From Deltaproteobacteria bacterium (lineage in GTDB: Bacteria > Desulfobacterota > Desulfobaccia > Desulfobaccales > 0-14-0-80-60-11), in NCBI GenBank assembly GCA_030018495.1, contig JASEFS010000001.1:161285-225284 (forward strand): DNA of 64,000 nt, given 5' to 3'. The notes below the pieces were generated by a model. It made no database searches, had not been told where the DNA came from, and saw only the letters and a program-made list of their open reading frames with translations. The position numbers and the translations under genes are program-made. This document shows positions 45,270 to 53,487 of the stretch, in pieces; positions within the stretch are counted from its first letter, which is position 1; every line of letters starts with the position of its first letter.

Positions 45270-48200
45270 TTACCAGAGATTCACAAACGTTTGGGCGCGT
45301 TGGGACCGGGCGCAGGCAGGGCAGAGAGCCCGGCGCACCTGCTTGCCTATGGCCTCATCGCTGCGCTGAACAACGTATTCCATATACCGGGAAGGAGCCA
45401 GAGGCGCGCCGCAGGATTGACAATGTTCGGCTTCCATGTGATTTAGAACCGTGCCGCACAGGCGCACCTCCCGGTAGTCCGGCCCCTCCTCGTAATCAAT
45501 GGCCTGGGTGGGGCAGGCCAGGGCGCAAGCGCCGCAGGCGATGCAGGTATTGGCCGCCAGGGGATAATCGGTAAGGACCCGCTCCGTAGTGGTGATTTGC
45601 GAAAATTTCAGGGCATGCACCCGCATCCGGTGGCAGGTCCGCTCGCAAGCACCACAGCGGATGCAGATATCGCAGCGCAGGCAGCGCTGCGCCTCCTTGA
45701 TGGCCTGAGCGTCGGAATAACCCAATTCCACGGGCGCAAAGGTGGTTTTGCGCAGCTCCACATCCAACATGGGGATCGGGGTGCGGTGATTGGCGGTTTT
45801 CTCCGACGCCGGGATAATTTGAAAAGGCACCTTGCGGCGCTTTTGGGCGCTCATGACCAGGGCCGGACTGGTGGCCCCGGTAATGTAATGGTCGATTTCA
45901 GCCGCAGCCTGTTTCCCGGCGGCAATGGCTTCCACCACCGTGGCCGGCCCGGTGACGGCATCGCCGCCTGAGAAGATGTCTTTCACCTTGGTGCGGGTGC
46001 TGTTGGGCTGGGTGACGATGGTGCACCAGGGAGTGGTTTCCACCGGAGGTTCCGGGAAAGGACAGAAATCCGGCTGCTGGCCGATGGCCGTAATGACCGC
46101 GCCGGCCTCGATGATGTAGTTGCTCTCCGGGATAGGTATGGGACGGCGCCGGCCGCTGGCGTCCGGCCGCCCCAATTCGGCCTGGAGGCATTCCACATGG
46201 GTGACCCGGCCGTCTTCGCCGCCGATCTTAATGGGCACTGTCAGGAAATGGATCTGCACCCCTTCTTCCAGGGCCTGCTCCACTTCCTCCGGGTGGGCCG
46301 GCATTTCGGCCCGGGTGCGGCGGTAGGAGACATGCACCTCGGAGCAGCCCAGGCGCACGCAAGTGCGGGCCGCATCCATGGCCGCGTTGCCGCCGCCGAT
46401 AATCACCACCTTGTCTGCGGGCTTTTCCTTTTTGCCCAGATAAATGTTTCTTAAAAAGGAGATAACGTCATAAACCTGGGGAAAGTCGGTTTCGCCTTCG
46501 ATCTTCAGCTTGTACCCCAGGTGGGCGCCGATGCCCATGAAGATGGCTTCAAAGCCTTGGGCCCTGATCTCCTCCAGGGTAATATCCTGGCCCACCGTAA
46601 CCCCGGTTTTGATTTTCACGCCTAGGGACTTGATAAGGCGGATTTCTTTGCTTACCACCTCCCGGGCCAGCCGGTAGTCGGGAATGGCCGCCATTAAGAG
46701 GCCGCCCGGCTCCTTCTGGGCTTCAAACACCGTCACCTCATAACCTCGCAGAGCCAGGAAATAGGCGCAGGACAGTCCCGCAGGCCCGGCCCCCACGACC
46801 GCCACTTTATGGCCGTTGGCCGGGCCCGGCTGCGGCGGGAAAAAGTTCCCGTGCTTGGATACCCACTCAGACGCGAAGGCCTTCAGATAGCGAATGTTGA
46901 TGGACTCATCCAGATTGGCCCGGACGCATTCCCGTTCACAGGGATGGGGACAGACCAGGCCGCAAACCCAGGGGAAGGGATTATCCTCCCGCATCACCTC
47001 CCAGGCTTCCTGAAAGTTGCCTTGGGCGATCAAGCCGATAAAGCTGGGAATGTCGATGCCGGTGGGGCAGGCCTGATGGCAGGGGGCTAACAGGAGCTTG
47101 GGGCAGGACCGGGCCGGGCAATGCTTGTTCTCCAGATGCAGACGGAATTCTTCCGGAAAGTAATGCAGTGCGGTCAGCAGGGGGTTGGTGGCGTGCCGGG
47201 CCAGTTCGCAGGACCCTTTCATCTTTAGAGTCTGGGCCCGGGTCTGCAGCTCTTTCAAGGTTTCCTGACTGCCGATGCCCTCGGAGACCTGCTCCAATAA
47301 GTTTCTGATACCGAGCAGGGCCTCCTGGCAGGCGGGACACTGGCCCCCCGGCTGGTCCAGTATGAAGTCGAGCTGTTCCCGCACCAGGGAGACCAGACAA
47401 TCCCGTTCATCCAGAACCTGGATAGAGCCGACGGACAGGGTGGCGCCCATTTCTCTGAGGGTTTCATGGGCCAGGTTGATATTCAGCAAATTGAGGGGAA
47501 AGATTCCTCCCAAAGGGCCGCCTACCTGGACGCCTTTGGGGGAGCGGCCGAAACGGAAGCCCCCGCCTTCGCCGTGAATAACTTCGTGCAAAGTGGCGGA
47601 GAGGGGCACTTCCACAAACCCGGGGCGCTCCACCGAGCCGTGCAGACGGAAGATCATGGTGCCCGGGGCGCATTCCACTCCCAGTTTGCGGAACCAGGCC
47701 ACCGGCGTTTGGGCGATAAACGGCAAGGAGGCAATGGTCCCCAGGCTGTGGGTGAGGAAAATCCGCCTGGGATACTGATCCCAGAAGCCTCGGGGCAAAA
47801 GCCCGGTTATCCCCCGGATGAGCAGGTCTTCGTCCTCCATCATGTACCGGCCGTGGCCGGAAACCACTATCACGTCAATCAGCGGTTCCTTCTTCGGCCA
47901 GATGGGCGCGGCCACACAAGCCTTGATGGCCTGCTGGAGCCGTTCCCGAGCCAGCTCATCCTCCTCCGCCAGATAAACTATGGCGGCCTCGGCCTTCAAG
48001 GTTTTGGCGGCCAGGAGGATGCCCTCCAGCACCTGGTGGGGACAGCCTTCCAGCAGGAACATCTCGCTGCTGGCGCCGAGCGTCGGGGTCGCGGCATTCA
48101 CCACCAGGATGGGCTGTTCCTTTTCCACCCGAAGTTCGCACCACCGTTTTCCCAGGGGAGAAGTGGTGATCCGGGCGAATTCGCAAAAACCCGCGGCCAC

Positions 48201-48665
48201 GACTTTCTGGAGAAAGGAGTCAAACCCCTGGCTGAGAAAGGTTTGCAGGCCCTTATAGCCGTCGTAATCCTGGTATTCTTCCCAGGACACGGGGTCGATC
48301 TGTCCCACCAGTTCTGAGATATAGCGTTTTTGAGGTTCGATGAAGTCGCGGAAATCCTTGCCTACCAGCCAGCGCTGCACCGGTCGTTTTTCATCGATAT
48401 GGCTCTGGATGATGCGGGCCGCCATGTCCGGGGTGACCAGCTCATAAAGGTGAGAGCCCGCGGCGTCCCGCACCTCCACCACCACGTCCCGGCCTTCAAT
48501 GCCCCGCCAGCCCACCAGGTGGACTTCCAAGGGCCCCAGGTCGTCCAGGTGGCGCTCTTTCATTTCCGCCAGAAAGGCTTCCTGGACGTCTCTGGCCGCT
48601 TTGAGGCTTTTGCCGGGAAAAGTGCAAATGTTTACACGAAGTAACGGACGCCCATTATTCGGCAT
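45270..48665 (-). CDS. 1131-aa multidomain Fe-S flavoprotein: degenerate NuoF-like module, GltD/NADPH-oxidoreductase-like module and 2x[4Fe-4S] ferredoxin-like C-terminus
   Basis: NuoF-like LLEGCPHQVLEGILLAA and an SLBB-like segment, but no GGAGFP-type FMN loop. GltD-like CPTGIDIPSFIGLIAQGNF...CGLVCPHPCERECVR, VAVVGAGPAGLSCAYFLALRG, VVIIGGGNAAMDAART. C-terminal CLRCDICIRCGACERTC and CIACGACALACP. Confidence 0.85.
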   Translation of the reverse strand: MPNNGRPLLRVNICTFPGKSLKAARDVQEAFLAEMKERHLDDLGPLEVHLVGWRGIEGRDVVVEVRDAAGSHLYELVTPDMAARIIQSHIDEKRPVQRWLVGKDFRDFIEPQKRYISELVGQIDPVSWEEYQDYDGYKGLQTFLSQGFDSFLQKVVAAGFCEFARITTSPLGKRWCELRVEKEQPILVVNAATPTLGASSEMFLLEGCPHQVLEGILLAAKTLKAEAAIVYLAEEDELARERLQQAIKACVAAPIWPKKEPLIDVIVVSGHGRYMMEDEDLLIRGITGLLPRGFWDQYPRRIFLTHSLGTIASLPFIAQTPVAWFRKLGVECAPGTMIFRLHGSVERPGFVEVPLSATLHEVIHGEGGGFRFGRSPKGVQVGGPLGGIFPLNLLNINLAHETLREMGATLSVGSIQVLDERDCLVSLVREQLDFILDQPGGQCPACQEALLGIRNLLEQVSEGIGSQETLKELQTRAQTLKMKGSCELARHATNPLLTALHYFPEEFRLHLENKHCPARSCPKLLLAPCHQACPTGIDIPSFIGLIAQGNFQEAWEVMREDNPFPWVCGLVCPHPCERECVRANLDESINIRYLKAFASEWVSKHGNFFPPQPGPANGHKVAVVGAGPAGLSCAYFLALRGYEVTVFEAQKEPGGLLMAAIPDYRLAREVVSKEIRLIKSLGVKIKTGVTVGQDITLEEIRAQGFEAIFMGIGAHLGYKLKIEGETDFPQVYDVISFLRNIYLGKKEKPADKVVIIGGGNAAMDAARTCVRLGCSEVHVSYRRTRAEMPAHPEEVEQALEEGVQIHFLTVPIKIGGEDGRVTHVECLQAELGRPDASGRRRPIPIPESNYIIEAGAVITAIGQQPDFCPFPEPPVETTPWCTIVTQPNSTRTKVKDIFSGGDAVTGPATVVEAIAAGKQAAAEIDHYITGATSPALVMSAQKRRKVPFQIIPASEKTANHRTPIPMLDVELRKTTFAPVELGYSDAQAIKEAQRCLRCDICIRCGACERTCHRMRVHALKFSQITTTERVLTDYPLAANTCIACGACALACPTQAIDYEEGPDYREVRLCGTVLNHMEAEHCQSCGAPLAPSRYMEYVVQRSDEAIGKQVRRALCPACARSQRAQTFVNLW

Positions 48666-48746
48666 GGTTATCTAGCTCCCTTTTTCGACATCTAAGGGAA
48701 AGCGACCAGGGATGCAAAAAGTTTCCCCCTGCCGCTCGTTATATGG

Positions 48747-49271
48747 TTAACGACCGCTGACTACGGACTCCAGTTCAAAGGCCACGGTCTTGGCGAAGCG
48801 CTCCCGCTTGGTTAGGTCCATTTGCTCCACCCGGCCGAAGCTCAGGCAATGGGTGACGCACTTGGCCACGCAGGCCGGCTCCAGCCCCTGGTCGACCCGG
48901 TCCATGCAGTAGTCGCACTTCACCACCTTGCCGGTTTCCGGGTTCCACTGGGGGGCGCCCCAGGGACAGGCGGTGATGCAGCTCTTGCAGCCCACGCACA
49001 GGGCCGGTTCCACATAGACGATGCCGTCTTCGGGGCGTTTGCGCATAGCGTGGGTGGGGCATACAGGCACGCACCACGGGTCCTCGCAATGGAAGCAGGG
49101 CATGAAGATGAAGGCCTGCCGGGGCAGTCCCGCCACCATTTTGGGGCCCACCGGCATGATCTGTCCCAAACGGGGACCGGCGTTCAGCCCCTTGTTGCTC
49201 TTGCAATGCACTTCGCAGCTCAAGCAGCCGATACATTTTTTCTGATCTTGAAGTAGATAGTATTTGCTCAT
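48747..49271 (-). CDS. 4Fe-4S dicluster electron-transfer subunit (PsrB/PhsB/DmsB-like, short)
   Basis: CIGCLSCEVHC, CFHCEDPWCVPVCP, CVGCKSCITACP, CDYC. 10 nt downstream of the molybdopterin subunit. Confidence 0.85.
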   Translation of the reverse strand: MSKYYLLQDQKKCIGCLSCEVHCKSNKGLNAGPRLGQIMPVGPKMVAGLPRQAFIFMPCFHCEDPWCVPVCPTHAMRKRPEDGIVYVEPALCVGCKSCITACPWGAPQWNPETGKVVKCDYCMDRVDQGLEPACVAKCVTHCLSFGRVEQMDLTKRERFAKTVAFELESVVSGR

Positions 49272-49280
49272 GGGTTATCC

Positions 49281-51374
49281 TCACTTCACCGGACGGACCT
49301 GCACCAGGGTTTCGTCCAGGGCAGGGCTGCCGCCCACTTTATCCGAGATATTTTCCTGCAGCAGGGCATCGCTGGCGCCCTTCAGATAGCAACGGGTCTG
49401 GGCCGGCACGGTCTTGCCGAAGCCGTGCAGCATAAATACCGCTTCCGGGTGAATGAAATCGGTGACCTTGGCCTTGAGTTTGCCGTTGGTGTTCAAGGGA
49501 TTGGAGACCACCTCCACATACTGCCCATCCTTGATGCCCAGCTTGGCCGCAGCCGCGGTATGAATCCACAATTCATTTTCAGGCACAAGCTCATTCAATA
49601 ACAGATTGTTCTGCGTGGACACGTGGGTGTGGGCCGCGCACCGTCCCACCAAGAGGCGGAAGCGGCCTTCAGGCGGCGCAGCCACAGGCTCATACGGGGG
49701 AAAAGAGGGAAATCCGGCTTTTTCCATCAGCGAGCTGACAAACTCGATTTTGCCGGATGGGGTTTTGAATTTGATCCCGTCTTTACGGTCCCACAGAATA
49801 GCCTTATCAGTCAGGGACACAAACCCCTTGGCGTCGAAGTCCTCGATTTTCACCCCCATGTCCTTGAGCTGGAAGTTCCAGATGTCTTCGATGGTCTCAT
49901 AGGGGAAGTATTGTCCCAGCTCCAGGCGGGTGGCTATTTCCTTCCAAATAAGCCAGGCGGGCTTGGTGTCATACCGAGGCGTAACCGCCTGCTTGCGGAT
50001 GCGCAGGGAAGGCTTCAAGCCCGAGACCATTTGAATGGAATCGGCCCGCTCCAGATAAATGGACTCCGGCAGGATGACGTCGGCATACCAGGCAATTTCG
50101 CTGAAGTTGATATCAACGGCAACGATAAGGTCCAGCTTATTCAGGGCCTGCCGCACCTGGGCGCTGTCGGGGATGGACTGAAGCGGCTCAAAGCGGTTGG
50201 CAATGAGAGCCTTGATGGGGTACGGGTCCTCATTAATGATGGCGTGGGCCAGCATCTGGGGGTTGCCGTGGGAGGAATCCGCAATGGGGAAAGCCTCCGC
50301 GCCGGAGCCGTCAAACCGAGGCGCGTTGATCTTGGGGAATTCCTGGCTGACGTATTTGCCGATATCCCCCCGGCCTGCGGCCGCAGCGCCTTTCTTGAAG
50401 AACAACCCACCTTGGGCTTCGATGCTGCCCATCAGGGCGTTCAGGATGATTATGGAACGCCGGAAATAAATCTCATTGGGGTGATGGGCGCCCCGGTAGC
50501 CGTAGTGAAAGACGCAGGCCGGCTTGACTTCGGACATCTCCCGGGCCAAGTTTTTGATTTCCCCAGCCGGGATGCCGGTCTCGGCCTCGGCCCACTCCGG
50601 CGTATAGGGCTCCACGAAGGCTATCAGTTCGTTTAAGCCTGATACCCAGCGCCTGACATAGTCCTGATCATAAAGCTTTTCCTTCAGGATGGTGTGGATC
50701 AGGGCATAATTCAGGGCCAGGTCAGTGCCCGGGCGGATCATCCAGTAGCGGTCCGCCTTGGTGGCGGTGATGCTTACCCGCGGGTCGATATAGGTGAGCT
50801 TGGCCCCTTTGTCCATGGCCTTCAGAAGATTGTTGATGGGCGCGATCTCCAGGGCCTCGAAAATGTTGCGGCCATACATGACGATATGCCGGGTGTTGGC
50901 ATAGTCGACGCCCACCTGGGGGTCGGCATAGCCTGTCAGGCTGCGGAACGCGGTGTTCACGGACCCCTTGCACAACGCGTCGTGGGTGAAGTGGTTGGGG
51001 GAGCCGATGGCTTTCATGAAGGTCTTGCTGATGTGGGTGTTGAGGTTGGTGCGCTCTCCGAACACCACGCTGTGGCCGCCGTGCTCCTGGATGATGGCCT
51101 TGAGCTTGTCCGCCACATAGTCCAGGGCCTCCTCCCAACCGGCGCGGCGCCACTGGCCCGCCCCCCGCTCTCCGGTGCGGATCATGGGATATTGGGGCCG
51201 CTCATGGTCGTGCAGCAGGGCCAACCCGGCCGAGCCTTTGGCGCACAGCGCGCCCTCAATGCCAGGCACATGGGGGTTCCCCTGTATCCAAACCACGTCG
51301 TCGTTGGCCACCATCACCCGGATGGGGCAGCGCACGGTGCACATGAAACATATGCTCCAGACTTCGGTTGACAT
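49281..51374 (-). CDS. Molybdopterin (bis-MGD) oxidoreductase catalytic subunit, Psr/Phs/Ttr/Arr-like, apparently cytoplasmic
   Basis: N-terminal CFMCTVRCPIRV...CAKG FeS motif immediately after the Met, with no twin-arginine signal. Candidate Mo ligand context HFTHDALCKGS (Cys, not Sec). Confidence 0.9.
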   Translation of the reverse strand: MSTEVWSICFMCTVRCPIRVMVANDDVVWIQGNPHVPGIEGALCAKGSAGLALLHDHERPQYPMIRTGERGAGQWRRAGWEEALDYVADKLKAIIQEHGGHSVVFGERTNLNTHISKTFMKAIGSPNHFTHDALCKGSVNTAFRSLTGYADPQVGVDYANTRHIVMYGRNIFEALEIAPINNLLKAMDKGAKLTYIDPRVSITATKADRYWMIRPGTDLALNYALIHTILKEKLYDQDYVRRWVSGLNELIAFVEPYTPEWAEAETGIPAGEIKNLAREMSEVKPACVFHYGYRGAHHPNEIYFRRSIIILNALMGSIEAQGGLFFKKGAAAAGRGDIGKYVSQEFPKINAPRFDGSGAEAFPIADSSHGNPQMLAHAIINEDPYPIKALIANRFEPLQSIPDSAQVRQALNKLDLIVAVDINFSEIAWYADVILPESIYLERADSIQMVSGLKPSLRIRKQAVTPRYDTKPAWLIWKEIATRLELGQYFPYETIEDIWNFQLKDMGVKIEDFDAKGFVSLTDKAILWDRKDGIKFKTPSGKIEFVSSLMEKAGFPSFPPYEPVAAPPEGRFRLLVGRCAAHTHVSTQNNLLLNELVPENELWIHTAAAAKLGIKDGQYVEVVSNPLNTNGKLKAKVTDFIHPEAVFMLHGFGKTVPAQTRCYLKGASDALLQENISDKVGGSPALDETLVQVRPVK

Positions 51375-51441
51375 ATTTCTTTACCTCTCTTGCTATAACC
51401 TTATAGATTTTGTCATATTTTCGATATTAGCACAATAGGTT

Positions 51442-51461
51442 CTAGACATTATTATGTCTAG
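51442..51461. promoter_or_regulatory. Perfect 8-bp-arm palindrome upstream of the molybdopterin gene
   Basis: ctagacat-tatt-atgtctag, about 70 nt upstream of ATG 51374. Half-site ctagacat recurs at 53355-53362 next to the sigma-54 promoter. Confidence 0.45.
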
Positions 51462-51563
51462 GGCACTGGGAGGCTGACTTTTCTGCCACCGGTTAACCAC
51501 CTTTTAAGTTTAGTCCCCAGATTAAGAGGAACTGAACAGCGGTCCGGGGCTTCTTTGTTTGTC

Positions 51564-52067
51564 CTAACCGGATTTGGCCTGGGACGGACTGACCCAGGGC
51601 AGCCGTTTTATAGCCAGGTATGCGACTATATAGATAATAATGAAAGGCCCGATGAATCCCATGGACCAGCCGGTGCCGGGTATGGGAAACTCCACCTCCA
51701 GAAAGCGGTACTGCATCCAGGCCAGGGCGAAAAAAACGGGCCACAGAAAGGCCGCCGACAGGGCGGCCTGTTGGAAAAAGGAATGGCCGAAGGCCTCGTT
51801 GGCCAGCTCATTGGCGGCTTGATAGGCTTCCTTGTTCCCGGCCTTCAGGGCGTCCATGGACAGGTTCTGGTATTCTTCCGCTTCCGCCGCCTTCTCCTCA
51901 AGGCGTCTCCGGGTAATCCGAAAAACCGCAAAAACGCTTAGTTTGCCGATGAGCAGACAAAAACACGCCAGGGCAAAGGTGCCGATGCAAAAGTCCACCC
52001 AGGCATGGCCGGTGAGGCGGTAGAACCAGATCAGATAGGGGTCCAGGACCTGATAGAAAGGATGCAT
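51564..52067 (-). CDS. Hypothetical membrane protein (167 aa)
   Basis: Hydrophobic helices flanking a charged helical loop (RRRLEEKAAEAEEYQN...). Sits between the TauE-like and molybdopterin genes. Confidence 0.6.
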   Translation of the reverse strand: MHPFYQVLDPYLIWFYRLTGHAWVDFCIGTFALACFCLLIGKLSVFAVFRITRRRLEEKAAEAEEYQNLSMDALKAGNKEAYQAANELANEAFGHSFFQQAALSAAFLWPVFFALAWMQYRFLEVEFPIPGTGWSMGFIGPFIIIYIVAYLAIKRLPWVSPSQAKSG

Positions 52068-52130
52068 TTAGACCATTCCTAATGTGAGGGGGGTCGGCAG
52101 TTTACCAACCCCCCGGTGAAGTCGGTTTGT

Positions 52131-53291
52131 TTAAATGCCCGGCAGACGGATATCCGCAAAGCCGCGCAGGGTGTAGCCTAAGCCCACATAGAGTGCCAGG
52201 ATCACAAACAGCCTCTTGAGCCAGACATCGGGAATATACTTGGAGGTGTAAGGCCCGACAATGGAGCCGGTGGCGATGCCCACCAATTCGGCGCCGACGA
52301 ACAGGAAGTCAATGGGAGTGCCCTTGACGAACATAAAGGTGAAGATGGAGGTGATCATGCTGATGAACACCGCCAGGGCCGAGGTGCCGGCCACCACGTA
52401 CATGGGTAGGTTCACGATATTGGTGCAAAAGGGCACATAGAGAAAGCCGCCGCCGATGCCCAGGAAGGCCGACAGGGCTGCAATGAAAAAGCCGCCCACC
52501 ACCGGCCAAATGGGGTTGAAGTTGAAATCCACCCCGTAGAAGCTGAAGTCTACCCTGGTAAGGCCCCAGGATTTCACCCGCACTCCCTGGGCTGCGATTT
52601 CACCGGAGGCGGCGCCTTTTTTCACAGCTTCCTGGAAAGCCTGGGCGGCCTGCTTGGCCTTTTTCTTCTTTTCCTGTCCCCGGGGAGTGGTGTCATAGAA
52701 GAGAAAAGCTCCGATAACAAAAACGATGATGCCAAAATAGCCCACGTAGGCCTTAAGGCTGATCTTGCCGGCGGTGAGCACCGGAATGAGATAAGCGCCG
52801 GCAACGCCGCCGATGGCCAGGGCCACGCCCAACGGCAGAACCAGGCGGCCCATGCGGTAGTAGGTGACAGAGGACATCAATGCCGAAAGTCCCACCAGGT
52901 ACTGGTTGGAGGTGCGGATGGAGTCGGTGACCAGCTTGTTCAGGACCGGGCTGGTTTTCCGGAAGCTTGCCGCGTAATCACCCAGGCCGAAGACGCTGAT
53001 GTGCCCCACACCGGCCATGATGCCGCCGAACGCGCCCACGGTGGAAAAGATCCAGCCTACCCAGATGCCCCACAGAATGCCATAAAACCAGAAGGGGGTT
53101 GGGCCGCCCGGTATCCCCATGAAGCCCTTGGGCGCGTCAGGGTTGATCATGCCTTTTTCCGTCCCCTTGGGGGTTTGGGCGATGGCATCCTCCAATTTGC
53201 CGGCCCAGGAAGTGTCGGCCAAGGTCAGGGTGACCGCTATTACGGCCAAAACCGCGAGTATACCGAAGATTAAAAGGCCTTTTCTGTTCAT
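52131..53291 (-). CDS. TauE/SafE (DUF81) family anion permease with long cytoplasmic loop
   Basis: Multi-TM with repeated G-rich helices (GIGGGFLYVP...). AAGGAG RBS. Sigma-54 promoter upstream. Confidence 0.75.
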   Translation of the reverse strand: MNRKGLLIFGILAVLAVIAVTLTLADTSWAGKLEDAIAQTPKGTEKGMINPDAPKGFMGIPGGPTPFWFYGILWGIWVGWIFSTVGAFGGIMAGVGHISVFGLGDYAASFRKTSPVLNKLVTDSIRTSNQYLVGLSALMSSVTYYRMGRLVLPLGVALAIGGVAGAYLIPVLTAGKISLKAYVGYFGIIVFVIGAFLFYDTTPRGQEKKKKAKQAAQAFQEAVKKGAASGEIAAQGVRVKSWGLTRVDFSFYGVDFNFNPIWPVVGGFFIAALSAFLGIGGGFLYVPFCTNIVNLPMYVVAGTSALAVFISMITSIFTFMFVKGTPIDFLFVGAELVGIATGSIVGPYTSKYIPDVWLKRLFVILALYVGLGYTLRGFADIRLPGI

Positions 53292-53335
53292 AAATAATTC
53301 ACTCCTTATCCAAAATTTAAAATCAGTTAATTGAA

Positions 53336-53351
53336 AGCAAATTATATGCCA
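53336..53351 (-). promoter_or_regulatory. Sigma-54 (-24/-12) promoter
   Basis: Minus strand reads TGGCATATAATTTGCT (TGGCAT-N5-TTGC, canonical spacing), about 45 nt upstream of ATG 53291. A divergent EBP gene is adjacent. Confidence 0.75.
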
Positions 53352-53431
53352 TTACTAGACATTGAAATATTGAGGATAACATCTTAAAATTACAGATAAA
53401 TTAAAAAGCTTGATAAATATTGTGTAAATCC

Positions 53432-53456
53432 TGTAAACTTTACATTGTTAACAATT
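53432..53456. promoter_or_regulatory. Adjacent palindromes, candidate enhancer/operator sites
   Basis: tgtaaa-c-tttaca (53432-53444) and attgttaacaat (53445-53456), about 85-120 nt upstream of the -24/-12 element. Confidence 0.35.
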
Positions 53457-53487
53457 AATATTAAGCAGAATTCTGGTCGGTGCGATC

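Noticed and set aside
51473-51488. Sigma-54-like sequence TGGCAGAAAAGTCAGC on the minus strand upstream of the molybdopterin gene.
   Set aside because: The GG-to-GC spacing is one nucleotide longer than canonical and the -12 region is not TTGC. It is kept only as a weak possibility.
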